Notes: generated by a model from the sequence alone, not told the origin. Counted from the stretch's first letter, positions 49,643-58,837 are shown. The stretch: 64,000 nucleotides of DNA from an uncultured Spirochaetota bacterium (GCA_963820525.1 CAWGAA010000001.1:960001-1024000), one strand, 5' to 3'. Program-made: numbers and translations.

Positions 49643-50510
49643 ACCACCTCGGATAGATGAGGAACAGGAAAGATTTGACCATGAAGGCGACAATCGCGTT
49701 CACGCATAGCAGGATGAATACCGAAGCCACGAGGAGATCCGTGTTTGCAGCCAGCAGGGCTTCCAGCAGCGTGCTCCCGAGGCCGGGGAAGGAGAAGACG
49801 ATTTCCGCGATCGTCACCGCGCCTATGATGGCGGAGACTTTGCCCGCGAGGTAAGGGATGAAGCGCGGCAGGCTCGAGGAGAACAGATAGCCGGAAAAGG
49901 TGCCGGGCAGCGGCAAAAAGTAGCCCAGGGGTCTGCCCAGGGTGGTGAAGACGGTGGCATGGGTGGCTTCAACCTGGCGCAGCATGTCTGACATGAGGAA
50001 GCGGGTGGCGTCCCAGGCCAGTCCTCCGAGGGCGATCGTGGCTGCGGCGATCATGAGGAACGGCGCCCGGCTTCCGAAGCCGGTGGCAAGCGTCCAGAAG
50101 CCGACGAAAATGGGAACCGCCGCCAGCACGGACGCAAGGAAGTCGGCGAAATGTCTGAAGATTTCGGTGCCGTGCTGGCCGTGCTTGCTGGCGAGATAGC
50201 GGGCCGTGGTGGCGAAGGCGGAGCCGAAGAGGGCCGCCAGGGTCAGCAGGATGAGGGAAGCCAGGGCCAGCGGGAGGGTGACGGCCGCCCCGCTTGAGAT
50301 GATCTGCCCGGCGCTGAAGCCGGGATGTTCGATCGAGAAATCCTTGGAACCCGAGATCAGGAGGAGGAAGGATCTTCCGGTTTTGGCAAAGCTCTCCACC
50401 GGCGCGCCGATGGAGAGCAGGTAGAGACAGGCGAGGATCGCGGTTCCCGCCACGGTAAAAACGATGCCGTGGATCAGGAGCTCGCGCATCAAAAATCGCA
50501 GGAATCGCAT
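49626..50510 (-). CDS. Divergent OppB/DppB-like permease
   Basis: TLPLA, AVPIF, GAVTIAEIVFSFPGLG.LL.A. Confidence 0.85.
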   Translation of the reverse strand: MRFLRFLMRELLIHGIVFTVAGTAILACLYLLSIGAPVESFAKTGRSFLLLISGSKDFSIEHPGFSAGQIISSGAAVTLPLALASLILLTLAALFGSAFATTARYLASKHGQHGTEIFRHFADFLASVLAAVPIFVGFWTLATGFGSRAPFLMIAAATIALGGLAWDATRFLMSDMLRQVEATHATVFTTLGRPLGYFLPLPGTFSGYLFSSSLPRFIPYLAGKVSAIIGAVTIAEIVFSFPGLGSTLLEALLAANTDLLVASVFILLCVNAIVAFMVKSFLFLIYPRWYEKAL

Positions 50511-50514
50511 CAGC

Positions 50515-52110
50515 TCAACCCCCTATCGACCAGTCTTCGATCGATAGGAACGGATTGTCCGTCGCGATGGCCACGTCCTTGAGTCCGCGGGAATATACGT
50601 CCTTCTGAAGTTTGAAGAGGAAAATGGCCGGAGCAAGCTCGGAAATCCTCTCGTTGATCTTGAGGGTGAGCTCCACCCAGTCGGCGGTGACCACCGCCTT
50701 GTCCCACTGATCGAACAGCTTGTCCAGTTTGCTGTCCCTGATGCCGGAGACATTGTAAGCCCCGTTCGAGCGGTACCATTGACCCAGGCTCGAATAGAGG
50801 TTGTCGAAACCGTCGCAGTAGACAAGGGCCAGCTCATAGGACTTTTCGGTGAACACCATGCGCTTGTAGACCTGGTCTCCGGTGCGCTTGGCCTCGACCG
50901 TGAGCCCGATCCGGGCGAGCTGGGCGACAATGCTCTGCGCCATCCGGGTTCCGAATTCGCCGAGGGAATCCGGGTAGAGGAGTATGGCGGCCTGTCCTTT
51001 GATGCCGTCGGTTTCCGCGAGTTTCTCCGCTTCCGAGAGATCCTGAGGCAGCAGGTTCGGAAGGGGTTTGTTGACGTATTCCGGAATATTGCTGGAGAAG
51101 ATATCCGAGGGGAACGGGCCGTAGTTCAGCACCACTCCTTGCTTCCGATCGGTGATCTGGGGCACGAGGCTGGCGCGGTCGAGGGCCATGGACATGACCT
51201 TGCGGACCTCGGCGTTGGGGAAGAGCCTGGTGTTGATGGCAACCTGATAGAAGGCGTATGGCTGGAACGATTCGATATTGATCCTCGACATCTTCTCCAC
51301 CTGGGGGCGGTCCGTGGGCGAGGTCTCAAGAACCAGGTTGACCTGGTTCTTGGCGAGCTCGTTCATCCGGATGATGGGATCGATTACCCTCTTGATGACG
51401 AGGGAGGAGGCCTCTGGGCGTTTCTTGAAATAGGCGCCATTCGCGTCGAAACTGACCCATTTTCCGATTTCCCATCCGGTGAGCTTGAAGGGGCCCGTTC
51501 CGACCGGTTCGACGGCGAAGTTCCGTTCGTTCTCGCCCGAGCGCATGTTGACTTCCATCTTCTGGCCGCGGTAGTTGGCGGGAATGATCTTGAAGGTCAG
51601 CACAGGGTAGGCGCGGAAGGGAGGGATGGGTTTGGTGAACTCGATCTCCACGTTCCGCTCGTCTATTGCCTTTACGCTCTTGATGAAGGACATGAGATCG
51701 TCGCGTTTGGGAGAATCGTTTTTAGGGTCGGTATAGGCGGCGAAGGAGTAGACGACGTCCTCAGAGGTGAGCTCCGTCCCATCGTGCCAGTAGACCTGCC
51801 TGAGGAGGGCTGTATACGTCTTCTTGGTGGCGGGATCCTGATCGATGCTCTCCGCCAGGGCGAGCTCGGGGTAGAGCTTGCCGCTCTGCTGATCTACCTC
51901 GAAGTTGACCAGGCCGTCGAAGACGAGCTCATCGGCATTGAGGCCGGAGACGTTCTGTTCGAGCACCGGATTGAGGGAGTCGGGCAGGTTTGAAACGGCA
52001 ACGACGATACCCTTGGGCTCGGGTTTCCAAAGGAGAAAAACTCCAACCGCGGCCGCTATGGCGACGGCTGCGATGCCAATAATGACGATAGCCCGTTTGT
52101 TGCTTCTCAT
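50515..52110 (-). CDS. Family 5 (peptide/nickel) substrate-binding protein, anchored by an N-terminal TM
   Basis: DSLNP, VFDGLV, PELALAES, YWHDG.ELTSEDVVYS, PVGTGPF. Confidence 0.93.
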   Translation of the reverse strand: MRSNKRAIVIIGIAAVAIAAAVGVFLLWKPEPKGIVVAVSNLPDSLNPVLEQNVSGLNADELVFDGLVNFEVDQQSGKLYPELALAESIDQDPATKKTYTALLRQVYWHDGTELTSEDVVYSFAAYTDPKNDSPKRDDLMSFIKSVKAIDERNVEIEFTKPIPPFRAYPVLTFKIIPANYRGQKMEVNMRSGENERNFAVEPVGTGPFKLTGWEIGKWVSFDANGAYFKKRPEASSLVIKRVIDPIIRMNELAKNQVNLVLETSPTDRPQVEKMSRINIESFQPYAFYQVAINTRLFPNAEVRKVMSMALDRASLVPQITDRKQGVVLNYGPFPSDIFSSNIPEYVNKPLPNLLPQDLSEAEKLAETDGIKGQAAILLYPDSLGEFGTRMAQSIVAQLARIGLTVEAKRTGDQVYKRMVFTEKSYELALVYCDGFDNLYSSLGQWYRSNGAYNVSGIRDSKLDKLFDQWDKAVVTADWVELTLKINERISELAPAIFLFKLQKDVYSRGLKDVAIATDNPFLSIEDWSIGG

Positions 52111-53570
52111 TAGCGCATCCTCATGATGAACGAGCTGTAGACGACGACTTCGCCTTCGTAATCGGCGGTTTTGCCCCCTTGTATCTCAAAGAAGTATTTG
52201 TCGGATGCGAGCTGGCTGCCGGCGTTCAGAACCGGCCAGGAATTGCCGACCTTATAGCCCCGGTTGACCAGGTCTTTCATCTTGTTTTTTTCGATGAGGG
52301 TTCCGGACTTGGTGTTTTCCGCGAAGACGCGCACCGTTCGGCTGTCTTTGACCGTGACCACCAGGTCGTTCATCGTTGCCTTGGGGATGGAGACCATGCC
52401 CCACCAGTATTCGTTCTTCTTGGCTCCCGAGGCCTGGAAAACTGCGGGGCGGCTCTTTTTGGATTCCGCCGTACTTCCGGGCTGTGGATTGAACAGGCCG
52501 ATCATTATCGGCATGACGACCTTGCCCCTGCGTGCGATCTCCTTGGCGGTCCGGATCTCGGCATTGACCTGGGCGATCTTTGCGTCGAGGTCATTTTTCT
52601 GATCCTCGACTTCCTTGATCATGTCAGGGTCCATGGCCTGGGGATAGCGGGCGGCGAACCGGGTCATCTCGTTGTAGGCCGCCTCGACGTTGGCCTTTAC
52701 GGATTCCTGGTGCTTGGCGAGCTCATCGAGGGTCATGGTGCCGACCTTGCTCTTCTCCGGCACGCGGGCGAATTCCTCGCCGATGCGGTCCTTGAAGGAG
52801 TAGGCCTGCTCGCGCAGGAGTTTTTCCCTCTCGATGGCCACATCCTGACGTTTCTTGCGGAGCCTGGAGGCCTCCCTGGCGACGCCCTGATTCTTGGATA
52901 CCTTGGCACGGCCGGCTTCGTCCGCCAGGATGGTTTCCGCCTTGGCGTAGGCGCTGGAAGCCGCATCCAAGCCATTGATCTTCTCGTCGAAGGATACGGC
53001 TTCCCGGGCTTTCTGCAGGGTCGCGTCGGCGTCGACGTCGCGCTTACGGGAACTTCCGATCACGTCGATCTCCGCGCTCATCGAGGCGATCGCGTCCGTT
53101 CCGCCGAAGGTCTCGACGGCTCCTTTCCCCAGCTCTCGGGCGTAGGACAGCCTGTCCGCCGTGATGAGGGAACGCATCCTCCCCTCTGCCAGGGCGTTGC
53201 CGCTCGCGCGGATATCCTCGGGGAGCGCGAGATCTTTTGGAAGGCCCGCGAGGGCCTTCCGGGCCTTTTCATACGAGGCCAGGATTCGCGCCTCGTCACC
53301 CGGCTTCGCGGCCGCCGCATCGGCCAGGGACTTTGCACTGGAATCGAACGTGCCCACGTACCCGGTGTATTTATCGCGGGTGGGCTTGTCCTTGATCGTG
53401 CTCCAATACGGCGTCGCAGCCGAAGGATCTTTCTCGATCCAGGCGGCCGCACCCTTGGCGATTGCTTTTTCGTCCGGCGTGCCCTTTGAGCCGGGACCTT
53501 GAAGCGTCTCGCATGAAGCGAGAAGCATCAGGAGAATGGCGGCTGCCGCGGTGTATATCTTCCTATTCAT
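52110..53570 (-). CDS. Uncharacterised lipoprotein with long helical/coiled-coil region and a C-terminal beta domain
   Basis: Lipobox LLASC; Ala/Lys/Glu heptads; stop overlaps the SBP start. Confidence 0.8.
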   Translation of the reverse strand: MNRKIYTAAAAILLMLLASCETLQGPGSKGTPDEKAIAKGAAAWIEKDPSAATPYWSTIKDKPTRDKYTGYVGTFDSSAKSLADAAAAKPGDEARILASYEKARKALAGLPKDLALPEDIRASGNALAEGRMRSLITADRLSYARELGKGAVETFGGTDAIASMSAEIDVIGSSRKRDVDADATLQKAREAVSFDEKINGLDAASSAYAKAETILADEAGRAKVSKNQGVAREASRLRKKRQDVAIEREKLLREQAYSFKDRIGEEFARVPEKSKVGTMTLDELAKHQESVKANVEAAYNEMTRFAARYPQAMDPDMIKEVEDQKNDLDAKIAQVNAEIRTAKEIARRGKVVMPIMIGLFNPQPGSTAESKKSRPAVFQASGAKKNEYWWGMVSIPKATMNDLVVTVKDSRTVRVFAENTKSGTLIEKNKMKDLVNRGYKVGNSWPVLNAGSQLASDKYFFEIQGGKTADYEGEVVVYSSFIMRMR

Positions 53571-55176
53571 GTAAAGCCTCCCTTACGAGCCGGAATCCGA
53601 CATCGACGTATCCCTTCGAAGGATCGAGATCGCGGCGGTTGGAAACGCGGAGATCCGTGGGGCCATCCATCCAGGATCCGCCCTTGACGATCATATTTGC
53701 GGTTCCCGCGTCCTTGCCCGCGTCTTTCGGGGTGGACGTCCACTGCCAGACATTACCGGCCATGTCGAACAGGCCGTATACATTCCTGCCCGCTTCGAAA
53801 CTGCCCACCGGCGAGGTGGCGCTGAAGCGGCCGTTTCCATTGTAATTTGCCCGTGCTCCGTCGGCGGGGCTCTGATCGCCCCAGGGGTAGACCACGTCCC
53901 GTCCTCCGCGGGCGGCCTTCTCCCATTCATCCTCGGTGGGCAGGCGTTTCACCACGCCAAGCTGCCGGGATAGCCAGGACGCGAAACGGTTCGCGTCCTC
54001 GAAGGAGACGCCGATAACCGGCTGATCGGGTTGGTTGTATTCGGGGTTGTCCCAGTAATCCGGGAAGGTTTCGGCTCTCGTGTCCTCGAGGAACATCTCA
54101 TACAGGGCATTGGTGACAGGGTAGACGTCGATAGTGAAATCCGACGTCTTTGCCTGACGCGGGGCTTCCTTCCTGGCTGCCCGTTTGTCCCGGGCCAGGG
54201 AGCCGGCGGTAAAGGAGCCGCCGGGAACGCGGACTTCGGCGCTGAAGAATTTCGCGACGTCATCGAAGTGGCGGTAGCGGAGCTCTGCTCGCGCGGCATC
54301 GTCGATACTCTTCAGTTCCGCCGAGTGGGGGGCCGACTGGGCGAAGTCGGTTGTTATCGTGACGCGGATGCCGCGGTTGCGGAAGGACTCTCCCGGCGGG
54401 TACTCGAGGACGGCCCTGCCGTCCGGTCCCGCGGTCGCGGGCGAGATGGAGGGTTCGATCTCTTTGGCCGTCCACTCGACGCGGAGCGGAAGGGAACCGG
54501 CCGGTTTGCCGTCGCGGGTCTGGACCTGGGCCGTTAGCGCCGTATCCTTGCCGATAAAGCCGCCCTCCGGGGTCGCCGTGATCGATAGTCCGGCCGTGAT
54601 CTCGCGGCAGAACGACTCGATTGTCGAAAATACGAGGGGAGATCCGGGGCCCTTTCCGGTCAACAGATCCGCGAGCCCTTCCTTGCTCAGGCGATCGAGC
54701 AACTCGCCCGCCTCGAGCATACGCTGCGCCAGGGGCAGACCCGATCCATCATTCAAAGCGGCGAGTTTTTGCATGATTCCCGTTCTGATCGCGGTCTCTC
54801 GGGCTTCCTCGTATTTTTCCCATTCCGTTGCTTTGATGCGGTATACGATGGTCGCGGAACCGGCGGCTTTTTCCTGTGCGACGGGCTTGAGCTCGGGAAG
54901 CTTGAAGACTTTCGCCGCCTCGGCGCTGATCTCGATGCGCCCTTTGCGGATTCCGTCACGCTTTGCCGACTCGGTAAGGGCGTTGGAGATCAGATCTCGC
55001 TTGGCTTCATCCGCCGCTTCGGAGGCCGATGATCCCGAGCCGAAACCGTAATAAAAGCCGTTTTCCTGTCTGACTTCTGCTGGGCTGACCGAGGCGCAGG
55101 AAAGCATGGTGAACACGGCTAGGCAGAGAGAAACTGTGCACGCCACGAAGAGGGTTCGTTGTGCTTTGGATTGCAT
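53563..55176 (-). CDS. Lipoprotein with LPP20-like N-terminus and FGE-sulfatase (SUMF1) C-terminal domain
   Basis: Lipobox MLSC; YYGFGSG...A...A; PVTN..Y, PV.GVS, RLPTEDEWEKAARGG, YPWG, GLFDMAGNVWQW, KGGSW, GFR. Confidence 0.9.
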   Translation of the reverse strand: MQSKAQRTLFVACTVSLCLAVFTMLSCASVSPAEVRQENGFYYGFGSGSSASEAADEAKRDLISNALTESAKRDGIRKGRIEISAEAAKVFKLPELKPVAQEKAAGSATIVYRIKATEWEKYEEARETAIRTGIMQKLAALNDGSGLPLAQRMLEAGELLDRLSKEGLADLLTGKGPGSPLVFSTIESFCREITAGLSITATPEGGFIGKDTALTAQVQTRDGKPAGSLPLRVEWTAKEIEPSISPATAGPDGRAVLEYPPGESFRNRGIRVTITTDFAQSAPHSAELKSIDDAARAELRYRHFDDVAKFFSAEVRVPGGSFTAGSLARDKRAARKEAPRQAKTSDFTIDVYPVTNALYEMFLEDTRAETFPDYWDNPEYNQPDQPVIGVSFEDANRFASWLSRQLGVVKRLPTEDEWEKAARGGRDVVYPWGDQSPADGARANYNGNGRFSATSPVGSFEAGRNVYGLFDMAGNVWQWTSTPKDAGKDAGTANMIVKGGSWMDGPTDLRVSNRRDLDPSKGYVDVGFRLVREALHE

Positions 55177-55751
55177 AGTTCAATACTCCATCTAGGTTGT
55201 GGTGAATCCTATGAAAGGATTTATGCAAAAAGCATGCCCGAAATCCCCTTCCCCCAAAAAAACTATCAGTATGAAAAACGAGCTATATGGTTGAAACCCT
55301 TCGTTTTCTGAAGAATTTTGTCCCTGTTGAGAAAAAATGTCCCATTAGCAAGCCGTAGAAATTACCAATTTGAAATTGTGTATTACGAATTAAGAGAATG
55401 GAGCTCGAAGAACTCTATTACGTGGGTTGGACGGACGGCATCGGCATCAGGGTGCTGGTCGACACCATGGCTTCCGCCTTCGACCGAACATGGCGGCAGC
55501 CAAGGCAAAACGGAAATATAATGGCGAACCAGATGAGCTTGAGACGCGCGAGTTCTGGCATTGCATTTCCTTCCACTATTTAAAGATGGAATTCATTCCG
55601 CAAAAGAGTCAAGGCAGGCTGCGTGTACGCGGGGCTCGGTCTGCTCCGGAGGCGCTCGAAAAATGGAAAATCGTCCTTTTGACTATCATTTGGCTGCTGG
55701 GGCGCGGGAGTCAGACCCGAAGGTGATCGGGGAGATGGAAAGGGCGCTTTC

Positions 55752-56105
55752 TCAAATCTTCACGTAATTGAGCACTTTCTGCAATTTTCTTTCCACGACA
55801 CCCTCGATGGCATGCGTGTAGCAGCCCTCTTTCAGCTGCCTCTTGAACTCCATTTCCACAAAAGCGTAAAGCTCCTCCAGGGTCTCGAACCGATCCAACT
55901 CGATATGCATTGTTAGTTGTGCGAAATTCTTCAAGCAGGATATCTCGTTTTTAAGAAGCGCATTGTTCTCGAGGTAAACGTAGTTCGAGATCTCTCCTTT
56001 TTCGTATCTCTCCTTATATGTGCCCATCAACTGCTCGATATCCTCCGCCAGATCATCGAGCTCGCTGTTTAGGATGCGGATGAACTTCAGCTTTTTTTCT
56101 TTCAC
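55752..56105 (-). CDS. Hypothetical helical protein (117 aa)
   Basis: Clean ORF with protein-like composition (ELDDL.EDI, GEISNYVYLEN); TATAAT upstream. Confidence 0.75.
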   Translation of the reverse strand: MKEKKLKFIRILNSELDDLAEDIEQLMGTYKERYEKGEISNYVYLENNALLKNEISCLKNFAQLTMHIELDRFETLEELYAFVEMEFKRQLKEGCYTHAIEGVVERKLQKVLNYVKI

Positions 56106-56150
56106 GGCATATCCGGCCTACAGCCGGCTCTTTATATGAGATTATAGTTG

Positions 56151-56167
56151 GGAAAAATGATTTTTCC
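56151..56167. promoter_or_regulatory. Palindrome GGAAAAAT-G-ATTTTTCC next to a minus-strand TATAAT
   Basis: Perfect 8-bp arms just upstream of the -10 element at 56141-56146. Confidence 0.45.
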
Positions 56168-56237
56168 AGTGCCGCGCGCGAACAATGCCTCGGATCGCGA
56201 GCGTAAGGACGTCGCGCAGGCGGTGCGCAAAAAAAAG

Positions 56238-56319
56238 CCCGGCAACGACCTACTCTCCCACCCCTAAAGGGCAGTACCATCGGCGCGGCAGGGCTTAACT
56301 TCCGTGTTCGGAATGGGAA
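56238..56319 (-). rRNA. rrf: 5S rRNA, 3' portion only (5'-truncated orphan or pseudogene)
   Basis: Reverse complement reads TTCCCATTCCGAACACGGAAGTTAAGCCCTGCCGCGCCGATGGTACTGC...GTGGGAGAGTAGGTCGTTGCCGGG, then T8; no 5' helix-I strand and no 23S nearby. Confidence 0.88.
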
Positions 56320-56347
56320 GTGGTCCCCTCTGCGCCATTCTTCTTTT

Positions 56348-56490
56348 GGGCGTGCCCCCGCGAGCCGGCTGCATTATGCGGTGGGTGTCCGCTCTCCAAA
56401 TCCCCGGCTCACGGGGTCGGGCTGCTTCGGGCTACGCTTCGCTTCGGCCCTTCGGGCCGCCTTCGGCGCCCTCCGCATCCCTCACGCGGA
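56348..56490 (+). ncRNA. Flavo-1-like structured RNA or dispersed repeat
   Basis: GGGCGTGCCCCCG...CGGGGTCGGGCT...ATCCCTCACGC; terminal GCGTG/CACGC pairing; internal GGCCC-TTCG-GGCC and CGCC-TTCG-GCG hairpins; family recalled from memory. Confidence 0.6.
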
Positions 56491-56729
56491 AGAAGCTTGA
56501 CCCGTAGCGCATTCCCCCTCTGCTCCATTCTTCTGGACAAGCCCCGCAGGGCCACTGATGCCGCGCCGAAGGCTGGTTGGCCAATCCGGCCTTCAGCCCC
56601 CGATCAGCTCTTCCCATCCCTTTTGGTCAGCCTCCATGACTGCCTTGCCGCCATCCCGGATGGCGGGCCTCTGGGAAGCGCATACCTGCACGGGAATTCC
56701 AGACGCCCGTAATGGAAGGGCGGCAGCCC

Positions 56730-57649
56730 TCATTTCACCCCCCTGCTCCCCAGGGGGATGCACAGATCCATTTCGCAATAATCGTCCCGGGCTATGGCGA
56801 AGTTGATGGCTTCCAGGTGATAGTCCCCGCATATCGTATGATTCGTGCGCTTTGACCATTGGTTGAATATGTATGTATACGTCTCACCCAGCGCCTCAGC
56901 CTGATCGTACTGGCGCTGTGGCGCCCAATATACTTGAAAACTGCGTATGTATTCGTCGGTATCGTGATGCCTGTCAGTCCGGGAGGTATGTCATCCGTTT
57001 TCCATACTTCAACTCCAGCGATATAGGAGAAAAAATCGGGAGATGGTTCCTTTTTCGCCACTCCCATGTACGTGAGGGGACTTTTCGCGTTGTGGACCAG
57101 ATGAGCGCTTGTCTCAAAAAAGCGATTCGCCAATGCAGAGACCGAGTTTGAACCGCTCAATTTGCCAGATTTGAACCTCTTCTTCAATCCAATCACGGAA
57201 AATGACGGCTTCACGATGAGTATGGGCTCGATGATAATCCCTTCAATCCCCGCTGCGTGGACGTTGCCTACATTGAGTTTGTCCGTTATGGCCACGGACT
57301 GCTTCCCGCAACGGAATCTGCCGGGGCTGACGCCGAATGCGCTTTTAAACGCCCGGATATAGGACTGTTCATGCTCGAAGCCGTACTGGAAAGCGACGTC
57401 GATTACTCTCAAATCCGAATCCAAAAGCTCACTGATGCTTTTTGTCAATTTCCGATTTCTGACATACTCCATCATCGAATGGCCGGTGATGGATTTGAAC
57501 ATCCGGTGCAGATGGAACTTCGAGAGTCCCGCATGATGGGACACGTCATCCAGGGTCTTTCTTTCATTGATGTTCCGCTCAACATATTCAACCACCGTCG
57601 TTATGACGTCGATGTATTTCTTTGTCTTCCTTACATTCGATCCTCCCAT
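56730..57649 (-). CDS. AraC (Rob/SoxS-type HTH) regulator with GyrI-like effector domain, frameshifted near 56900
   Basis: LSKFHLHRMF, R.RKL, YGFEHEQSYIRAFK..FGVSP; the shifted frame gives EALGETYTYIFNQW...CEMDLCIPL, ending at 56730. Confidence 0.85.
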
Positions 57650-57705
57650 GTTTTTAGTATGGCACCGCCAAATGCCTCGCGCAAACTTTAAAAAGCAAGA
57701 ACTGT

Positions 57706-58175
57706 TCACTGGCTTTCCGGCATCCGGGTGTCTTCAGCGCCACCTACGCTTCTTGTCCCGGGCTCCTGGCTCCCGGCAGTCTTCCCAAGGCGTTCAAGAC
57801 GTGGGATGACACCTTCAAGCGGGCCTATGCAGCGGCTTTCGCGCCTGATCCGGCAGCGGCCCAAAAAGGCAGGATACCTGCATTTGGAGGCACGCCGGAG
57901 GACAACAAGATAATCAGCGCCTGGGAAAAAGGGTTTGGGGATCTGGAAGGCAAGATCGACAACTATCTCGCCCTGCACACCCCCTAAAGGCCATCCGCAT
58001 CCGTCTGGGGATGGCGGATGGCTACAGCTGGATCCCCGAGGGTTGCATGTATTTCTCTGGCCTGCTGTATTCCCACCGGATCCCGCATGAGATGGACGTT
58101 ACACCGGTCGGGCACAGCTCTGGTCCGGCCAACGAGATAGCGCTGTTCTTCTCAAAAAGCCTCTCATTCGAGTAG
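57706..58175 (+). pseudogene. 5'-truncated alpha/beta-hydrolase (esterase) remnant, not in the ORF track
   Basis: LAFRHPGVFSATYASCPGLL...YAAAFAPDP...W, then after C5 (57980-57984) LKAIRI..G..D...IPHE....GH...FFSKSLSFE*; no start and no GxSxG. Confidence 0.6.
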
Positions 58176-58315
58176 GAGATCAGCGCATACGGCACGGCGC
58201 AAGGCCGCCCACGGCAGCGCCGTGCCGAGGGCAGTAATTCTAATCTTGGCGAAGGGAGACGGGGCGCGGCGGTCCGTGAGCTTGACCAGAGGCTTTCCCA
58301 GTGAAAAGATGGGGC

Positions 58316-58828
58316 ATGCCTACCCCAATTTCTCCGGACACCTTGAAGGAGTTATACAACTACGCCTGTTGGGCCAGGGACCGTCAGCTTCAGGCCTGCG
58401 CCTCCCTGACGCAGGAGCAGCTCCTGCGCCCGCTGGGGGGAAGCTTTACGTGCCTCCGAGATACGATCATGCACCTTTTGGGAGTCGAGTGGCTGTGGCT
58501 TGAGCGATGGCGGGGCAACTCTCCTCGTGCGCTTCCCTCTTCGGAAGAGCTTCCAACCTTGGATGCCATCCGCGAAAGATGGAAAGAAGTTGAGCGGAAC
58601 ATGAGGGCGTATTTGTCCGAGCTTGATGAAGATGCGCTTGTCAAAGTGGTGACGTACACCGGCACACGCGGAAACACATGGACCTACCAACAGTGGCGCA
58701 TGATCATGCACCTGCTCAACCACCAGAGCTACCACAGGGGCCAGGTAACCTCACTCTTGAGGCAGCTCGGGGAGAAACCTCCGGCTGTGGACTTTCTGGC
58801 CGGGCTGGATGCGGGCTTCAGGAGCTGA
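58316..58828 (+). CDS. DinB family protein
   Basis: YNYACWA, LRDTIMHL..VE..W..RW, HLLNHQSYHRGQ. Confidence 0.92.
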   Translation: MPTPISPDTLKELYNYACWARDRQLQACASLTQEQLLRPLGGSFTCLRDTIMHLLGVEWLWLERWRGNSPRALPSSEELPTLDAIRERWKEVERNMRAYLSELDEDALVKVVTYTGTRGNTWTYQQWRMIMHLLNHQSYHRGQVTSLLRQLGEKPPAVDFLAGLDAGFRS

Positions 58829-58837
58829 GGGGCTCAT

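Noticed and set aside
53563..53700. DGR variable region in the FGE-sulfatase gene
   Set aside because: No template repeat or reverse transcriptase is seen in the window; a remote DGR cannot be excluded
56213..56236. Intrinsic terminator after the 5S fragment
   Set aside because: On the 5S strand the T-tract precedes the GCGCA hairpin, which is the wrong order
56490..56730. Gene or ncRNA with two GC hairpins downstream of AraC/GyrI
   Set aside because: No recognisable protein or RNA family; hairpins of this size are common at this GC content
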